Source: Eledone cirrhosa
Taxonomy: Eukaryota
Assembly: GCA_964016885.1 (NCBI GenBank)
Contig: OZ024742.1
Location: 317,130,001-317,194,000 of the forward strand
Length of the DNA stretch: 64,000 nt
Direction: 5' to 3'
Within the stretch, counting starts at the first letter, position 1. Each line of letters starts with the position of its first letter. This document shows positions 1-13,443 of this stretch, in pieces. The position numbers were made by a program, and so were the translations under genes. Under the pieces are notes generated by a model that was given only the letters and a program-made list of their open reading frames with translations, ran no database searches and was not told the DNA's origin.

Positions 1-1513
<1,513 letters not shown>

Positions 1514-1514
1514 T

Positions 1515-2842
1515 ATCTGATCCACCGAAACTCGGCCATTTCGGACCATACCAAAATTAACATACTGATTGCGGATTTGGTACGGGTGATGAGAAACGTG
1601 TCCCGCATGTGCACCCCCGAAGAACTAGAGAGACACATACAACACTTCATCCACCGTATGCAGTTGTCTGGCCACAATCAGAGAGATAAAATCAGAGTGT
1701 ATAGAGGAGCCAGAACCAAATGGGAAAAAATGGTAACTAATGACATAAATGGGACCTGCCCCTTGTATAGGAGCAAATTCTGGAATAGAATAGAAAGAAC
1801 TAGGAACAAGGCTAATAGAATAAACTCATGGTATGATAGCAATAAATACCAGAGTGTAATGTTCATCGATACAACCCCTAGAGGTGAATTAGCTTATAAA
1901 TTTAGAAGGCCCCTAAATAAACATAAACTCAATATTAAGATAGTAGAAAGACCAGGTACCTCCGTAAAAACACTTATTAGCAAGACATACCCTTTTCAAA
2001 GACCCTAATGTATAGATAAGAAATGTATAACCTGTAAAATAAGCCCCCATATTAACTGTAAAACTAGAAATGTAGTGTATAGCATAAGATGTACTGAAGG
2101 ACAATGTAGAGACAAAAATATAGTGTATATAGGTGAGACAGCTCGTAGTGTAGGGGAACGGATAAATGAACACTAGCGAGACCTTCAAGATAATAAAGAA
2201 TCATCTGTACTCTACCAACATGCTAAAATAGAACACAAGAGTAAATTAGAGAACATAGAAATAAAAATAGAATCTACACACAGAAAAGACGCAATGTTTA
2301 GACAAATTACAGAGGCAATAAACATAAAAGAATTACAACCAAAATTAAATAGAAAATATGAGTGGAACAGCAACATCACAACTTACAATTAAGGACAAAA
2401 TGAAAACACACACAAATAGAACAAACAACCAACCAGTAACATGTAAATAAACAAATAAATAAATGAACATAAACCCTTCACAGACACCCGGATGTGGCGC
2501 ATGCGCAGACTGAGCACACAACACACACACAGAAACAAAATGGCGTAGGACAGAACAAAGGAGAGGCACAGAAACAAAGAAAGGAATCCCCAGTCACTGA
2601 AGAGCTCACAAATTGTGTGACGAAAGAACTATGACTATATATAAACAACTATCTGGTTGTGGAACCAACCAACCAACCAGAAATTTATAAATTTGTAAAT
2701 TTATAAATATATAATAAATTGAAGTGAAAGCAACTGGTGCGTGGTTTCTTATTGGCAACATGACCCTCCCAAAGTATAACAATATCGGTCTCAACACACG
2801 ATTTCAGATAAAGAATCTTGCTAAACAAATTCAGAAACGAAA
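1515..2842 (+). mobile_element. 5'-truncated Penelope-like element (Neptune-like Cys linker): RT C-terminus, GIY-YIG endonuclease and 3' pseudo-LTR; pseudogenised
   Basis: Translates [32 protein letters not shown]...P*CIDKKCITC...CKTRNVVYSIRC...VYIGETARSVGERINEH*...FRQITEAINI...LNRKYE. Near-identical to 48235-49360. Flanked by (TA)n on both sides. Confidence 0.9.
2592..2636 (+). ncRNA. Minimal type I hammerhead ribozyme in PLE pLTR
   Basis: agtca-CTGAAGA-gc-tcaca aattg tgtga-c-GAAA-gaac-TA-tgact: stem I agtca/tgact, stem II tcaca/tgtga, CUA cleavage triplet. Confidence 0.75.
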
Positions 2843-2894
2843 TATATATATATATATTTATTTATATATATATTTATATATATATATTTTATTG

Positions 2895-3420
2895 TAAGAG
2901 TTGATCCTTAATACTGCATAAGCGGCTGTTATTTCTAGCACCGTGAATGTGGGATAGCTAGTTTTGGCCTGCCTACCCACGTGTAGTCAGTCCTGCAAAA
3001 TTTTTGATGTGTGATAGACTAATCTTACTGGATTCCTGTTGATATGCACAGATGATTTGGATATTTCACTCTTTTATTTCTATTCCATTTCGATTCTCTT
3101 TATTTTTCAATTCACATTGCGAAACTTATTTGGGTTTCGAGGTTCAAATTCGTCTACAGAACAGGTTTGAATTTTGAAATTTAAATATGTCCAGGAATCA
3201 TGGCAGTTGCCAATATAACCTTGTCTTTATTGACTTGTATCGAGACAGACAAATTGTATTCACTTTTATTAGTTTATTTCATTAATAGCTAACTTTGTCT
3301 GTTGCAATGTAAACACATTTCGTGTTTATCATATACTTTAAATGTATTTAACTGCTCGGAAGAGCCCCTTCCTGGAGCTTAATTATTGTAAACGACTGAG
3401 AGTTTATTCTCAAAATATAA
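2895..3420. repeat. Unclassified dispersed repeat, paralog of 6905-7480
   Basis: Shared blocks cggctgttatttctagc, ggtttgaattttgaaatttaaa and ggcagttgcc occur in the same order in both copies. Confidence 0.6.
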
Positions 3421-3429
3421 TATAATATA

Positions 3430-3461
<32 letters not shown>

Positions 3462-3713
3462 AATATTCGTTTTTGATTTTAATTTTTATTTTAAACCCTT
3501 TTATTTCTCCCTTTTTTATTAACTTTTTTCACTGAATTTGACAAGATGGATTTTAATACATTGAAACCTGTAATTTTTTAATAAGACTATCTTTTCAATA
3601 ATGTCACTTTGACGAATCAAAAAAGAAAATCAGACCCTTAAACATATCTCCCGTGCTATTTCCAACTTCATCTTTTCTCTATACCCACTGTTTTGTATAG
3701 AACCTCACTTCCC

Positions 3714-3776
<63 letters not shown>

Positions 3777-4361
3777 CGCATTTAGATAAAAATTGTTCAC
3801 AAATGAAGACTTTTGGTGACAAAAAAAGGCGGAATATACCGAAGAATATACTAATAGAATATACTACGAGAAGCATTTATTTGTTAACTATTTTCAAAAA
3901 GGAGTTAAGAATTATGAGTAATATCAAAATATTTTAGTCGAATGTTCAGTTGCGATGGAAATAAGCTGGCCATTATAATACACCACATCATGCTACAAAT
4001 CAATACGCTTCTATTGCAACATATATTTGAACAAACTACTTGATATACCTTTGTCGAAGTAATATCATATCTATCGTATTTTCTATTTGATATATAATTC
4101 AAGTTGTGACGTTGGTTGCAAATATTTATCATTTAACATTACGTTATTATTGTAAATGAAATATATACCAATAAGTAATTAGAGATACATATTTATAAAG
4201 AGATATAGTCTAACATAAAAATATTTGCTAATTATCTACACTATATAATACACTCACAATATAAATATTATATGTATATATATATATAATATATACAAAA
4301 AGAAAAATTTCGCTCTACATGGCTGAATACAATAAATGTAATTTGAGTTTTTCGAATATTA

Positions 4362-4536
4362 ATAATTGTTTCTACGTTTGGCACAAGGCCAGCAATTATT
4401 CCAGTGCATTACTGGTACTTTATTTTATCGACCCCGTAAGGATGAAAGGCAAAGTTAACCTAGGCGGGATTTGAACTCAGAATGGCAAGGGCCGTAACTC
4501 TTTGCGTCAAAGCATGGCGTCCGACCCTCTACCGAT
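4362..4536 (-). mobile_element. tRNA-derived SINE (major family of this window)
   Basis: Matches the family consensus: A-box tggcagtatcgg, B-box gagttcaaatcc, central gcctttcatccttacggggtcgataaaataaagtaccag, tail agaaacaattatt. Confidence 0.9.
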
Positions 4537-4879
4537 ATTAATAATAACATTCGATTCGTTTGCAATTATGCAAACAAGCCTCATTTTTGAAGCCAAGTCA
4601 GTAGAATGAAACCTTCATTCTTGCTCTTGTGTTAGCATGTAAACAGAACTGCAGACACTAATGTACAATATATATATAATACATATATATATATATATAT
4701 AAATAAGTAAAAAAATAATTTTATCGCTCTTCATGGCTGAATACATGAAATGTGAATCTGAGCTTTTCAAATATTACTATATAATGTTCGGTTCGTTTGC
4801 AATTATGCAAACAACCACTTTAAGCCATGTAAGTTGAATGACAGCATATTTCTTGCTCTGGTGTTGGCATATAAACAGA

Positions 4880-4926
4880 ACGGCAAACACTAATATTTCT
4901 GTGTGATTACCCTTCATCAGTACCGT
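4880..4926 (-). ncRNA. Minimal hammerhead ribozyme (degenerate stem II)
   Basis: Minus strand: acggta-CTGATGA-agggtaatcacaca-GAAA-tattagtg-TT-tgccgt; stem I 6 bp. Confidence 0.65.
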
Positions 4927-5052
4927 ATACTGCTTACCTGACAACTGTCAGAGCTAGTAAAAATATATTATATGTTCTGTCAATATACGGTGACTGATCT
5001 GCCAGATTTGCCTATTAGCAGATTGGCTGATCAGTTGGCAGTTAAACAGTAT

Positions 5053-5099
5053 ACGGTACTGATGAAGGATAACCACCCAGAAACATTAGTGTCTACGGT
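5053..5099 (+). ncRNA. Minimal hammerhead ribozyme
   Basis: acggta-CTGATGA-aggataaccaccca-GAAA-cattagtg-TC-tacggt; GUC site; stem III is a near-palindrome (ca[c/t]tagtg). Confidence 0.7.
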
Positions 5100-5399
5100 T
5101 CTGTTTATATGCCAACACAAGAGCAAAAATGACGTGGTCATTCAATTTACCTTATCCAGCATACAAATAATTCTAGTGAATAGCTTAGAATTTTTACAAA
5201 CCCAAACTTTTAACTGTTTAATAGCACTTTTTTATTTATTTGGGACCTAAGCAACGCAAAAAAGTGATTACAAGCCAGGAACAGAGAAAATAAATGTTTG
5301 TTACACGGTGTTATTTAACCAGACCATATGACTTGTATATATAGTGATTTTGTTCAGTTGAGGATCGACATTGAGCTCTGAGGGTTTCGGCTAGTTATC

Positions 5400-5485
<86 letters not shown>

Positions 5486-5486
5486 C

Positions 5487-6870
5487 AGTGGTGAGATCAC
5501 CACTTTCCTGAAAGAAACGGCCTGCTGAACTCCAACCAACATGGGTTCCGTAATGGAAGGGACTGCTTAACGCAGATCCTGCATCACTCTCACGATGTTT
5601 TGAGAGCCGTGGGAGAGGGCTCCAACACTGATGTCATCTACCTTGATTTCAGCAAGGTCTTTGACAGGGTTGATCATAGGATTCCACTGAAAATACTATC
5701 CAATATTGGTGTCTCTGGAAAGTTACTACGGTGGATCAAATGTTTCCTGGCAGACAGAACCCTACATGTTTTAGTCGAAGGAGTAAAATCAAGCCCTGCC
5801 AAAGTCAGGAGTGGCGTCCCACAAGTTGGGCCCACTTCTTTTCATCATCTATATTAATGGCATTACTGACATCATCAAGTATAGCAACATAAGAATCTTC
5901 GCAGATGATTCCAAGCTCCAAAGGGTCATCATTGAGATGGGTGACCGGACTAGCCTTCAGTCAGACCTACTGGCTGTTATCCAATGGAGGGAAAAGAATA
6001 ATATGCTGTTGAATGAGGATAAGTTTGAATTAATCCATTTTGGAAAAAAGGATGCCCTGAAACTACCATACTCTCTTCCTTCGGGTGAAACTCTCGTGGC
6101 ATCCAACAACATCAGAGACCTGGGAGTAACTGTGGACAACAATATAAGCTGTGCCACTCATATAAACAGCAAAGTTGATATGGCCCGCAGAATGTGTTCC
6201 TGGATTCTCAGAACCTTCCAGTCGAGAGATATTCACACTGTTATCCTTCTCTTTTCCACATTTGCCCGACCCCACCTTGAATACTGTTGTCCACTGTGGT
6301 CTCCCCACACGAAACAAAGTATCATAAAAGTTGAAGCACCCCAAAGATCGATTACAAAAAAGATAGATGACATAGCAGGCCTTGACTTTTGGAGTCGATT
6401 AGAAAAACTCAACCTTTATTCTCTCCAACGTCACCGTGAGCGCTACATTATCTGCATGATGTGGAAAATATTCCATCAGCTTTGCCCAAATGATGTTGGC
6501 ATTACCTTTAATGTACACCCAAGGCTTGGGTACCGTGCTATCCGCCCACGACAAATTTCTCACTCGCATCTCATAACAATATGGCACAATTATTTCACCT
6601 CAATTAGCCCTGCTCTCTTTAACATTACACCAAAACACATCAAAACAGAAACAGACCCCATCAAGTTCAAGAAATCTTTGGACAAATTCCTTCAAGAAAT
6701 CCCGGATAAGCCTCCTACACCCGGATATGCCTCCGTAAACAATAACTCTCTGCTCGAGTGGGCCATGGAGCTCAAACCCTGATATGTAAGACTTCGCCAG
6801 GTGGTTCTATTAAGTTAGACATGACATGGGCCAATACTCGCCGAAACCTATCAAAGATATCAAAGTTAAG
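5487..6870 (+). mobile_element. CR1-group LINE, 5'-truncated, RT domain to 3' end, frameshifted near 5825
   Basis: [21 protein letters not shown] / [49 protein letters not shown]; short tandem tail tatcaaagatatcaaag. Confidence 0.92.
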
Positions 6871-7596
<726 letters not shown>

Positions 7597-7622
7597 AAAG
7601 TGGTTACACAACAGTTACTTCA

Positions 7623-7672
7623 CCATACCGAGAACAATTGTTTCACCTTAGCGGATCCTCACCTCGTAATGG
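7623..7672 (-). ncRNA. Hammerhead-like motif with atypical position 3 (GUGAGGA)
   Basis: Minus strand: ccattacgag-GTGAGGA-tccgctaaggt-GAAA-caattg-TT-ctcggtatgg. Confidence 0.55.
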
Positions 7673-10003
7673 ACATGGTTATACAAAACAGGAAGGAGAA
7701 CCGCACAAACGCGCATGCGCAGAAACGATCACTTCACACAGGCAATACTAAATTGCATGCGAGAGGTGTAAGTGAGATAACTGCGAAAGTCCGAAAGTTT
7801 CTGGTTGATAAGAAAATTAGCATGTTGTTGCAATTCAATCCGGAGCTTTGTAGTTTTGTAAGAGGTGTTTCCAGACGTGTGGACAACGTGTGAAGAATTC
7901 ATAACTCGTGTTTAGGCAATCACTATTGCGTAATATCTTTAGAATATTTATTCGTTCATCAATACATAGTCCACACGACGGATTGCCCCTTGCGTATGTC
8001 TTGGACTTAGTGATGGCTTTCCATTGAATGGAGTAGTCTATACTTGAGTCCTTGAGGGACCATACGTGGCCCGCGAGTTTCGTGGATGAACGTCTGTCCG
8101 GATAAAGGTCGATTGGTGGTTCAGGAAGCGTTCCTTAAATCGGCCATCCGCCATACCCACATAGCATTTGACCTCCTGTGGTTGATTTGTTCGGTTGTAA
8201 GTGACCACAGCTTCATAAACTGCAGCGGGTGTTTTGCATTGCTGTTGAAGGGGACAAGCTTCGGCTTACGGCAAGAGCACTCTGGTGGGGTGTTGCTCTT
8301 AGGTCTGTTGGTGATGTGGGCCTTCATGTTCTTAGGGCAGGAGTATCCTAGTTTTACTTTGTGTCGGTTAAAGATGGAGTGGTATTTATGACCTATGAGA
8401 AAGTGTCTATCTAAGAGGGCTAGACATTTTTTGCCTACATTGGTTTTAACGTTGAGTGAGAAGGCAGGAGAGAATCAGATAGTTTGTCTATTGTTACGCT
8501 TTCTTTTCTTATTGCTGTTGTTGTTAGTGCGAGAGTAAGTGATATGTTGCGAGAAGCCGCTTTTAGCTAACGCCGTGTTATAGTAGGTTGTCAAAGATAG
8601 TCGCTGTGTGAAGTTCACACAGTTTGACATTATTGATTTTTACTCATCGATCTCAGAGAACCTGTTAAACAAAGCGTTGAACTTTGCTACCACTTACACT
8701 ACCGTCGATGGTTTAGACAGGGAAATCATCGCTCAGTGCCGGAAAACCCTCCTTTTCAACAACGGAGTAGCCTGGGCAAAGAAGTCAACAACTTGAGACC
8801 TATTCGACTTCTCCATGGGATCGTTTGATAGTGATGACGTATGCGACTTGGTTGGCCTATTTATTTTAGACATATTACGTGTTAGATTCCCGGACTTCCA
8901 CACGGAAATATACCGTGACGATGGACTGACCTTATCGAGCCATAAAAGTGATCACGACCTCGACCCGTTTAAAAAAGACTTAGCTTCTACCTTCAATGAA
9001 TTAGGACTTATGATAACAGTAGCTACCAACCTCTCTAACGTAGATTAGACATTAATTTAGACGTTCGCACACACACCTACAGACCCTTCCATAAACTAAA
9101 CGAAAAACTCAATTACATTCACAAGGACTCATGCCACCCTCAAACTGTTTTTAGAAACTTCGTAAATAATATCAGTACTAGAATCTCAAACCTCTCCTCT
9201 AATAAGGCTATCTTTGACAGGGCGGCACCCTACTATAACACGGCGTTAGCTAACAGCGGCTTCTCGCAACCTATCACTTACCCTCCCACTAACAACGACA
9301 GCAATAAGAAAAGAAAGCGTAACAATAGACAAACTATCTGGTTCTCTCCTCCCTTCTCACTCAACGTTAAAACCAATGTAGGCAAAATATTTCTAGCCGT
9401 CTTAGATAGACACTTTCCCATAGGTCATAAATACCACTTCATGTTTTATGTTGATAGAGAAAAAAGAAACCAGAACTTTGTCATCCCAACCAATTGGAGG
9501 TCAAATCCTATGTGGGTATGGCGGAGGGCCAATTTAAGGAACGCTTCCATAACCACCAATCGACCTTTAGGTACCCGAACAGACGTTCATCCACGAAACT
9601 CTCGAGCCACGTATGGTCCCTCAAGGACTCAAGTATAGACTACTCCATTCAATGGAAAGCCATCACCAAGTCCAAGCCATACGCAAGGGGCAATCCGTCG
9701 TGTGGACTATGTATTTATGAACGAATAAATATTCTAAAGAGAGTACGCAATAGTGATTGCTTAAACACGAGAAATGGATTCGTTAAACGTTGTCCACACG
9801 TCTGGGAACACCTCTTACATAACTACAAAGCTCCGGATTGAATTGCAACAACAACCTAATTTTCTTATAAACCAGAAACTTTCGGACTTTCGCAGTTATC
9901 TCCCTAACACCTCTCGCACGCAATTTAGTATTGCCTGTGTGAAGTGTTCGTTTCTGCGCGTGCGCGTTCGTACGGTTGTCCTTTCTGTTCCGTATAACCA
10001 TGT

Positions 10004-10053
10004 CCATTACGAGATGAGGATCCGCTAAGGCGAAACAATTGTTCTCGGTATGG
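10004..10053 (+). ncRNA. Hammerhead-like motif with atypical position 3 (AUGAGGA)
   Basis: ccattacgag-ATGAGGA-tccgctaaggc-GAAA-caattg-TT-ctcggtatgg; palindromic stem III CAATTG; ~100-170 nt downstream of the PLE stop. Confidence 0.6.
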
Positions 10054-10142
10054 TGAACTAACTGTTGTGTAACCACTTCTACCTAACTCGTCCCATGGAC
10101 TGAGTGCTCTACCACTACGGATATTACCTTCCAGTGTTCTAC

Positions 10143-10194
<52 letters not shown>

Positions 10195-10241
10195 CATATA
10201 TATATTATATATATACATATATAATATATATACATATATAT

Positions 10242-10299
<58 letters not shown>

Positions 10300-10329
10300 C
10301 ATATATATATAATATATATACATATATAT

Positions 10330-10389
<60 letters not shown>

Positions 10390-10433
10390 CATATATATAT
10401 AATATATATACATATATATACACACACACACAC

Positions 10434-10469
<36 letters not shown>

Positions 10470-10471
10470 AC

Positions 10472-10696
10472 AGATAAAAGAGAATCAGTGTTGCGATGAA
10501 AGGAATTTATTAGACATATTACAATTGTTTCCTATGGAAAATCTGCTTCGTAGAATCGAGCCGTGTCCGGGGACCGCGCCATTTCAGAGTCAGGTTTGAT
10601 TAGCACATCGATCGTACCTCGAGCTGGTCACTCGAGAAACAATTGTAATATGTCCAATAAATTCCTTTCGTCGCAACACAGATTCTCTTTTTTCTG
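10472..10696. repeat. Short inverted repeat (arms ~10472-10531 and 10636-10696) between (TA)n tracts
   Basis: agagaatcagtgttgcgatgaaaggaatttattagacatattacaattgtttc pairs with gaaacaattgtaatatgtccaataaattcctttcgtcgcaacacagattctct. Confidence 0.75.
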
Positions 10697-10775
10697 TCAT
10701 ATCATACTCTGCTGCATAAGGGCATCGAGTGCTCATACGGCCTACCGCATACGGACGCGTTAAGCATCCAACACC

Positions 10776-10861
<86 letters not shown>

Positions 10862-11001
10862 CACTTGTACAATTTTTAAACAAACGCATATCAATTACAA
10901 TATTATTAGTGTGTGGAGGTATAATTATCTGGACATTTATGCGTATAAAATCTGTCTGGGCTTTTATTTATGTTAAAATAATTATTATTACTTGAGTTGT
11001 A

Positions 11002-11290
11002 TTCTGAGTTCAATTAACTTTGCCTTTCATCCTCATATAGTCGATAAAATAAAGCACCAATAATGCACTGGGGTCGATTTAATCGACTTTCCCCTCCACC
11101 ATATTTGTTGGCCTTGTGCCTAAAGTATTACTTCAGTTGGTGAATTGGCAGACTCGTTACATCGTCGAATGGAATGATTTGTAGATTTTGTTCCGCTTCT
11201 TTGCACTCTGTGAGTGCGTAAACTCTCGCAAACGTAAACTTCATCTTTCACCTTTCTGGATCGATAAAGAAGCGCCAATCCAGTACTTGG
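11002..11290 (+). mobile_element. Two adjacent SINE fragments (one partial, one old and diverged)
   Basis: ttctgagttcaa..aactttgcctttcatcc..gtcgataaaataaag, then a diverged head tgaattggcagactcgtta. Confidence 0.7.
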
Positions 11291-12018
11291 TCTATTCTAC
11301 ATCACCTTACATTCGTTCTCTCTCAATATCTTTCGCCTTCTCTGAAAGAACTCGAGTGTGTTGAGACCTGAAAAGGGGAATGAGCTTCGCCAGGTTTAAA
11401 GTACTCAAGACACACCGTACAGTTACGGATCCATACATAACATTATTACATCACTTACTTAATAATTTGTTTGAATCGATATGATGTGAGTCATATTAGA
11501 TTATGCCATATTAGAAACGACTTTATGATGGTAGGATCTGATTAGAGGGAAATGTTGCTACTATTTCTAGCACGTAAAATGATTGCATAGATGTTCCTTC
11601 GTTGCGTAAGATGGCATAGTTATTAACATTTTGATCGGAGGAACAAGCGACGACGGGGAATACTGTCAGAGACATTAGTGTCTGCTTCATCAAGCACTAT
11701 CATAAACTTTTCATTTCTATTTCAATTGAGCTCATTTGAAACGTACATGTTGCTCTCTAAACCTCCTACTAAATACCGATACATCTTAGACGTATGTTTG
11801 TTGGGTTTCTTTTGTATTTTGTTGCCGTTGCCTTTTTTGTTATTATTTGATGTTGTTTCTGCTTGAGAAATCGGTTGATTATTGAACTGTTTTAATAAAA
11901 CATGTTACCTGACATCTGTGAAAAGAATGTACATATAGATTCTGAAGCCGTGCTTTACTTAATGGAAACATATCGTTCCTTCAGTAAATACTTATATGAA
12001 TAAATCAAACAGAACAAA

Positions 12019-12069
<51 letters not shown>

Positions 12070-12148
12070 CGAAGGAAATGTGGTAAGGAACCTGGTGGAC
12101 CATAACGCACCAAAGTACTCAATACTTAGGGTAGTACAGTGGGTAATA

Positions 12149-12260
12149 GGAACAAGTAAGACCCCGACGGCTGAGCTCAAGCCGTTTCGACGGCTAATTC
12201 TGGACTGAATGAAAATTTATTCTGGTATTTAAATAGCCGAGCTTATCAAGGGGTAATTCC
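12149..12260 (-). ncRNA. Type I hammerhead ribozyme, U3-A8 core variant, long stem II
   Basis: Minus strand: ggaatt-acccc-TTGATAA-gct-cggcta-ttt..(30 nt)..gaat-tagccg-tc-GAAA-cggct-tgagctc-agccg-TC-ggggt-cttacttg-ttcc. Predicted GUC cleavage between 12166 and 12165. Confidence 0.85.
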
Positions 12261-13443
12261 ATATATGGTCAAAGAGATAATCACCAGGATTGGTCACATC
12301 ACAAGTTAGTAGTAAATCTGTGATGGCAAATTGGTAGGGGAAGGGGTAGCTGAACCTGCCGGTAGAAGAAAAAGGGAGAGGGGGAGAAGTAGACCCATTC
12401 ATGCGTTGGTAGTGCCGGCTACAGCTGGGTGTGGGGTCAAAGAAGATACTGGGGAGGGGGAGGGGGAGGAAGTTGAAACGGTAAGTAGAACAATGAGGGT
12501 AAAACTATAAAAAGTACTGAGAGAGAAAAAAAAAAAAAAATAAGCAAAGTCTGGTTACTAAGACTTAAGTCTCTCGCTATTGCTAGGCTAAAGAAATACA
12601 TAAATAAATAAATAAATAAATAAGTGAATAAAAGAATGGATAAATAAATTTAAAAAAAATATATTTATAATGAAGAATAAAAAATAAATAAAAATAAACT
12701 AGGTGGGACGGAAATAAAGGGACCCTTATACGAGGTATAAGTGCGTGTATCGTACGGTCACGGGTCAACAAAGGGGGGGGGGGGGGGGAATACTAAAGAG
12801 ACTACCACGAAATAATAAAGGTTTCTACCCCAATCACAGGGCCAGCAACCACCCAGAGCAAGAAAGTAAACTAGTACGAGAATATCATTCAGGGTCCCGC
12901 AAAAAAATACTAGTGCTAACTCTAAGGGTACCGCCACGAAACAAAAAGTCTTATACAAGCTACAAGAAAGATCGTACGAAGTAAAAGTAAAGAACGGAAA
13001 ATTAATACAGAAACACCCCCCCCCCTCCCCCCCAAAAAAAAGAAAAAGGGAAAAGAGGAAAGAAATACTGGATAAACGAGAAATTAAAGCAAAGATGCCG
13101 CTAAGAAATATAGAAGGCACGAAAAAAAGGGACAGCGGTCGGAGAAGGGGGCAAGTATCCGAGGTCTAACACCTCTGCTATAAAAAGCGGAGTCAGCCAA
13201 ATCTATCATAGAATAGGGGAGGGGGGGGGGGGGGTGCTGAAGCTACAAGGGACCGAGGGGCTACCTCGGGTGGGCGAGAAAAAGACGACGACAAAGAAAG
13301 GGAACTGGGGTAGAGGGACTAGCGAGGGATGGCGGGAAGGAGGAAATATAGAGGAAGCGATAAAAAAAGTAAAAGAAGATCTTACCCTCCATTGGCAAGC
13401 AGGGGTTACCCCTTACAAAATAGGCAAGTGGAGTGTTATAGAC

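Larger units (their letters stand above)
4834..5145. repeat. Inverted repeat (arms 4834-4947 and 5032-5145), each arm carrying a minimal hammerhead; PLE pLTR remnant
   Basis: The arms are reverse complements with scattered mismatches. Hammerheads lie at 4880-4926 (-) and 5053-5099 (+). Confidence 0.8.
7600..10145 (+). mobile_element. Penelope-like element (Naiad-like) with inverted 5' part: 7600-8590 is the reverse complement of ~9225-10076; RT/GIY-YIG pseudogene at ~8590-9841
   Basis: KFTQFDIIDFYSSISENLL, MGSFDSDDVCDLVGLFIL, IYRDDGL, IWFSPPFS..VKTNVGK, KSYVGMAEGQFKERFHNHQSTFR, CGLCIYER...LNTRN...CPH. Confidence 0.92.
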
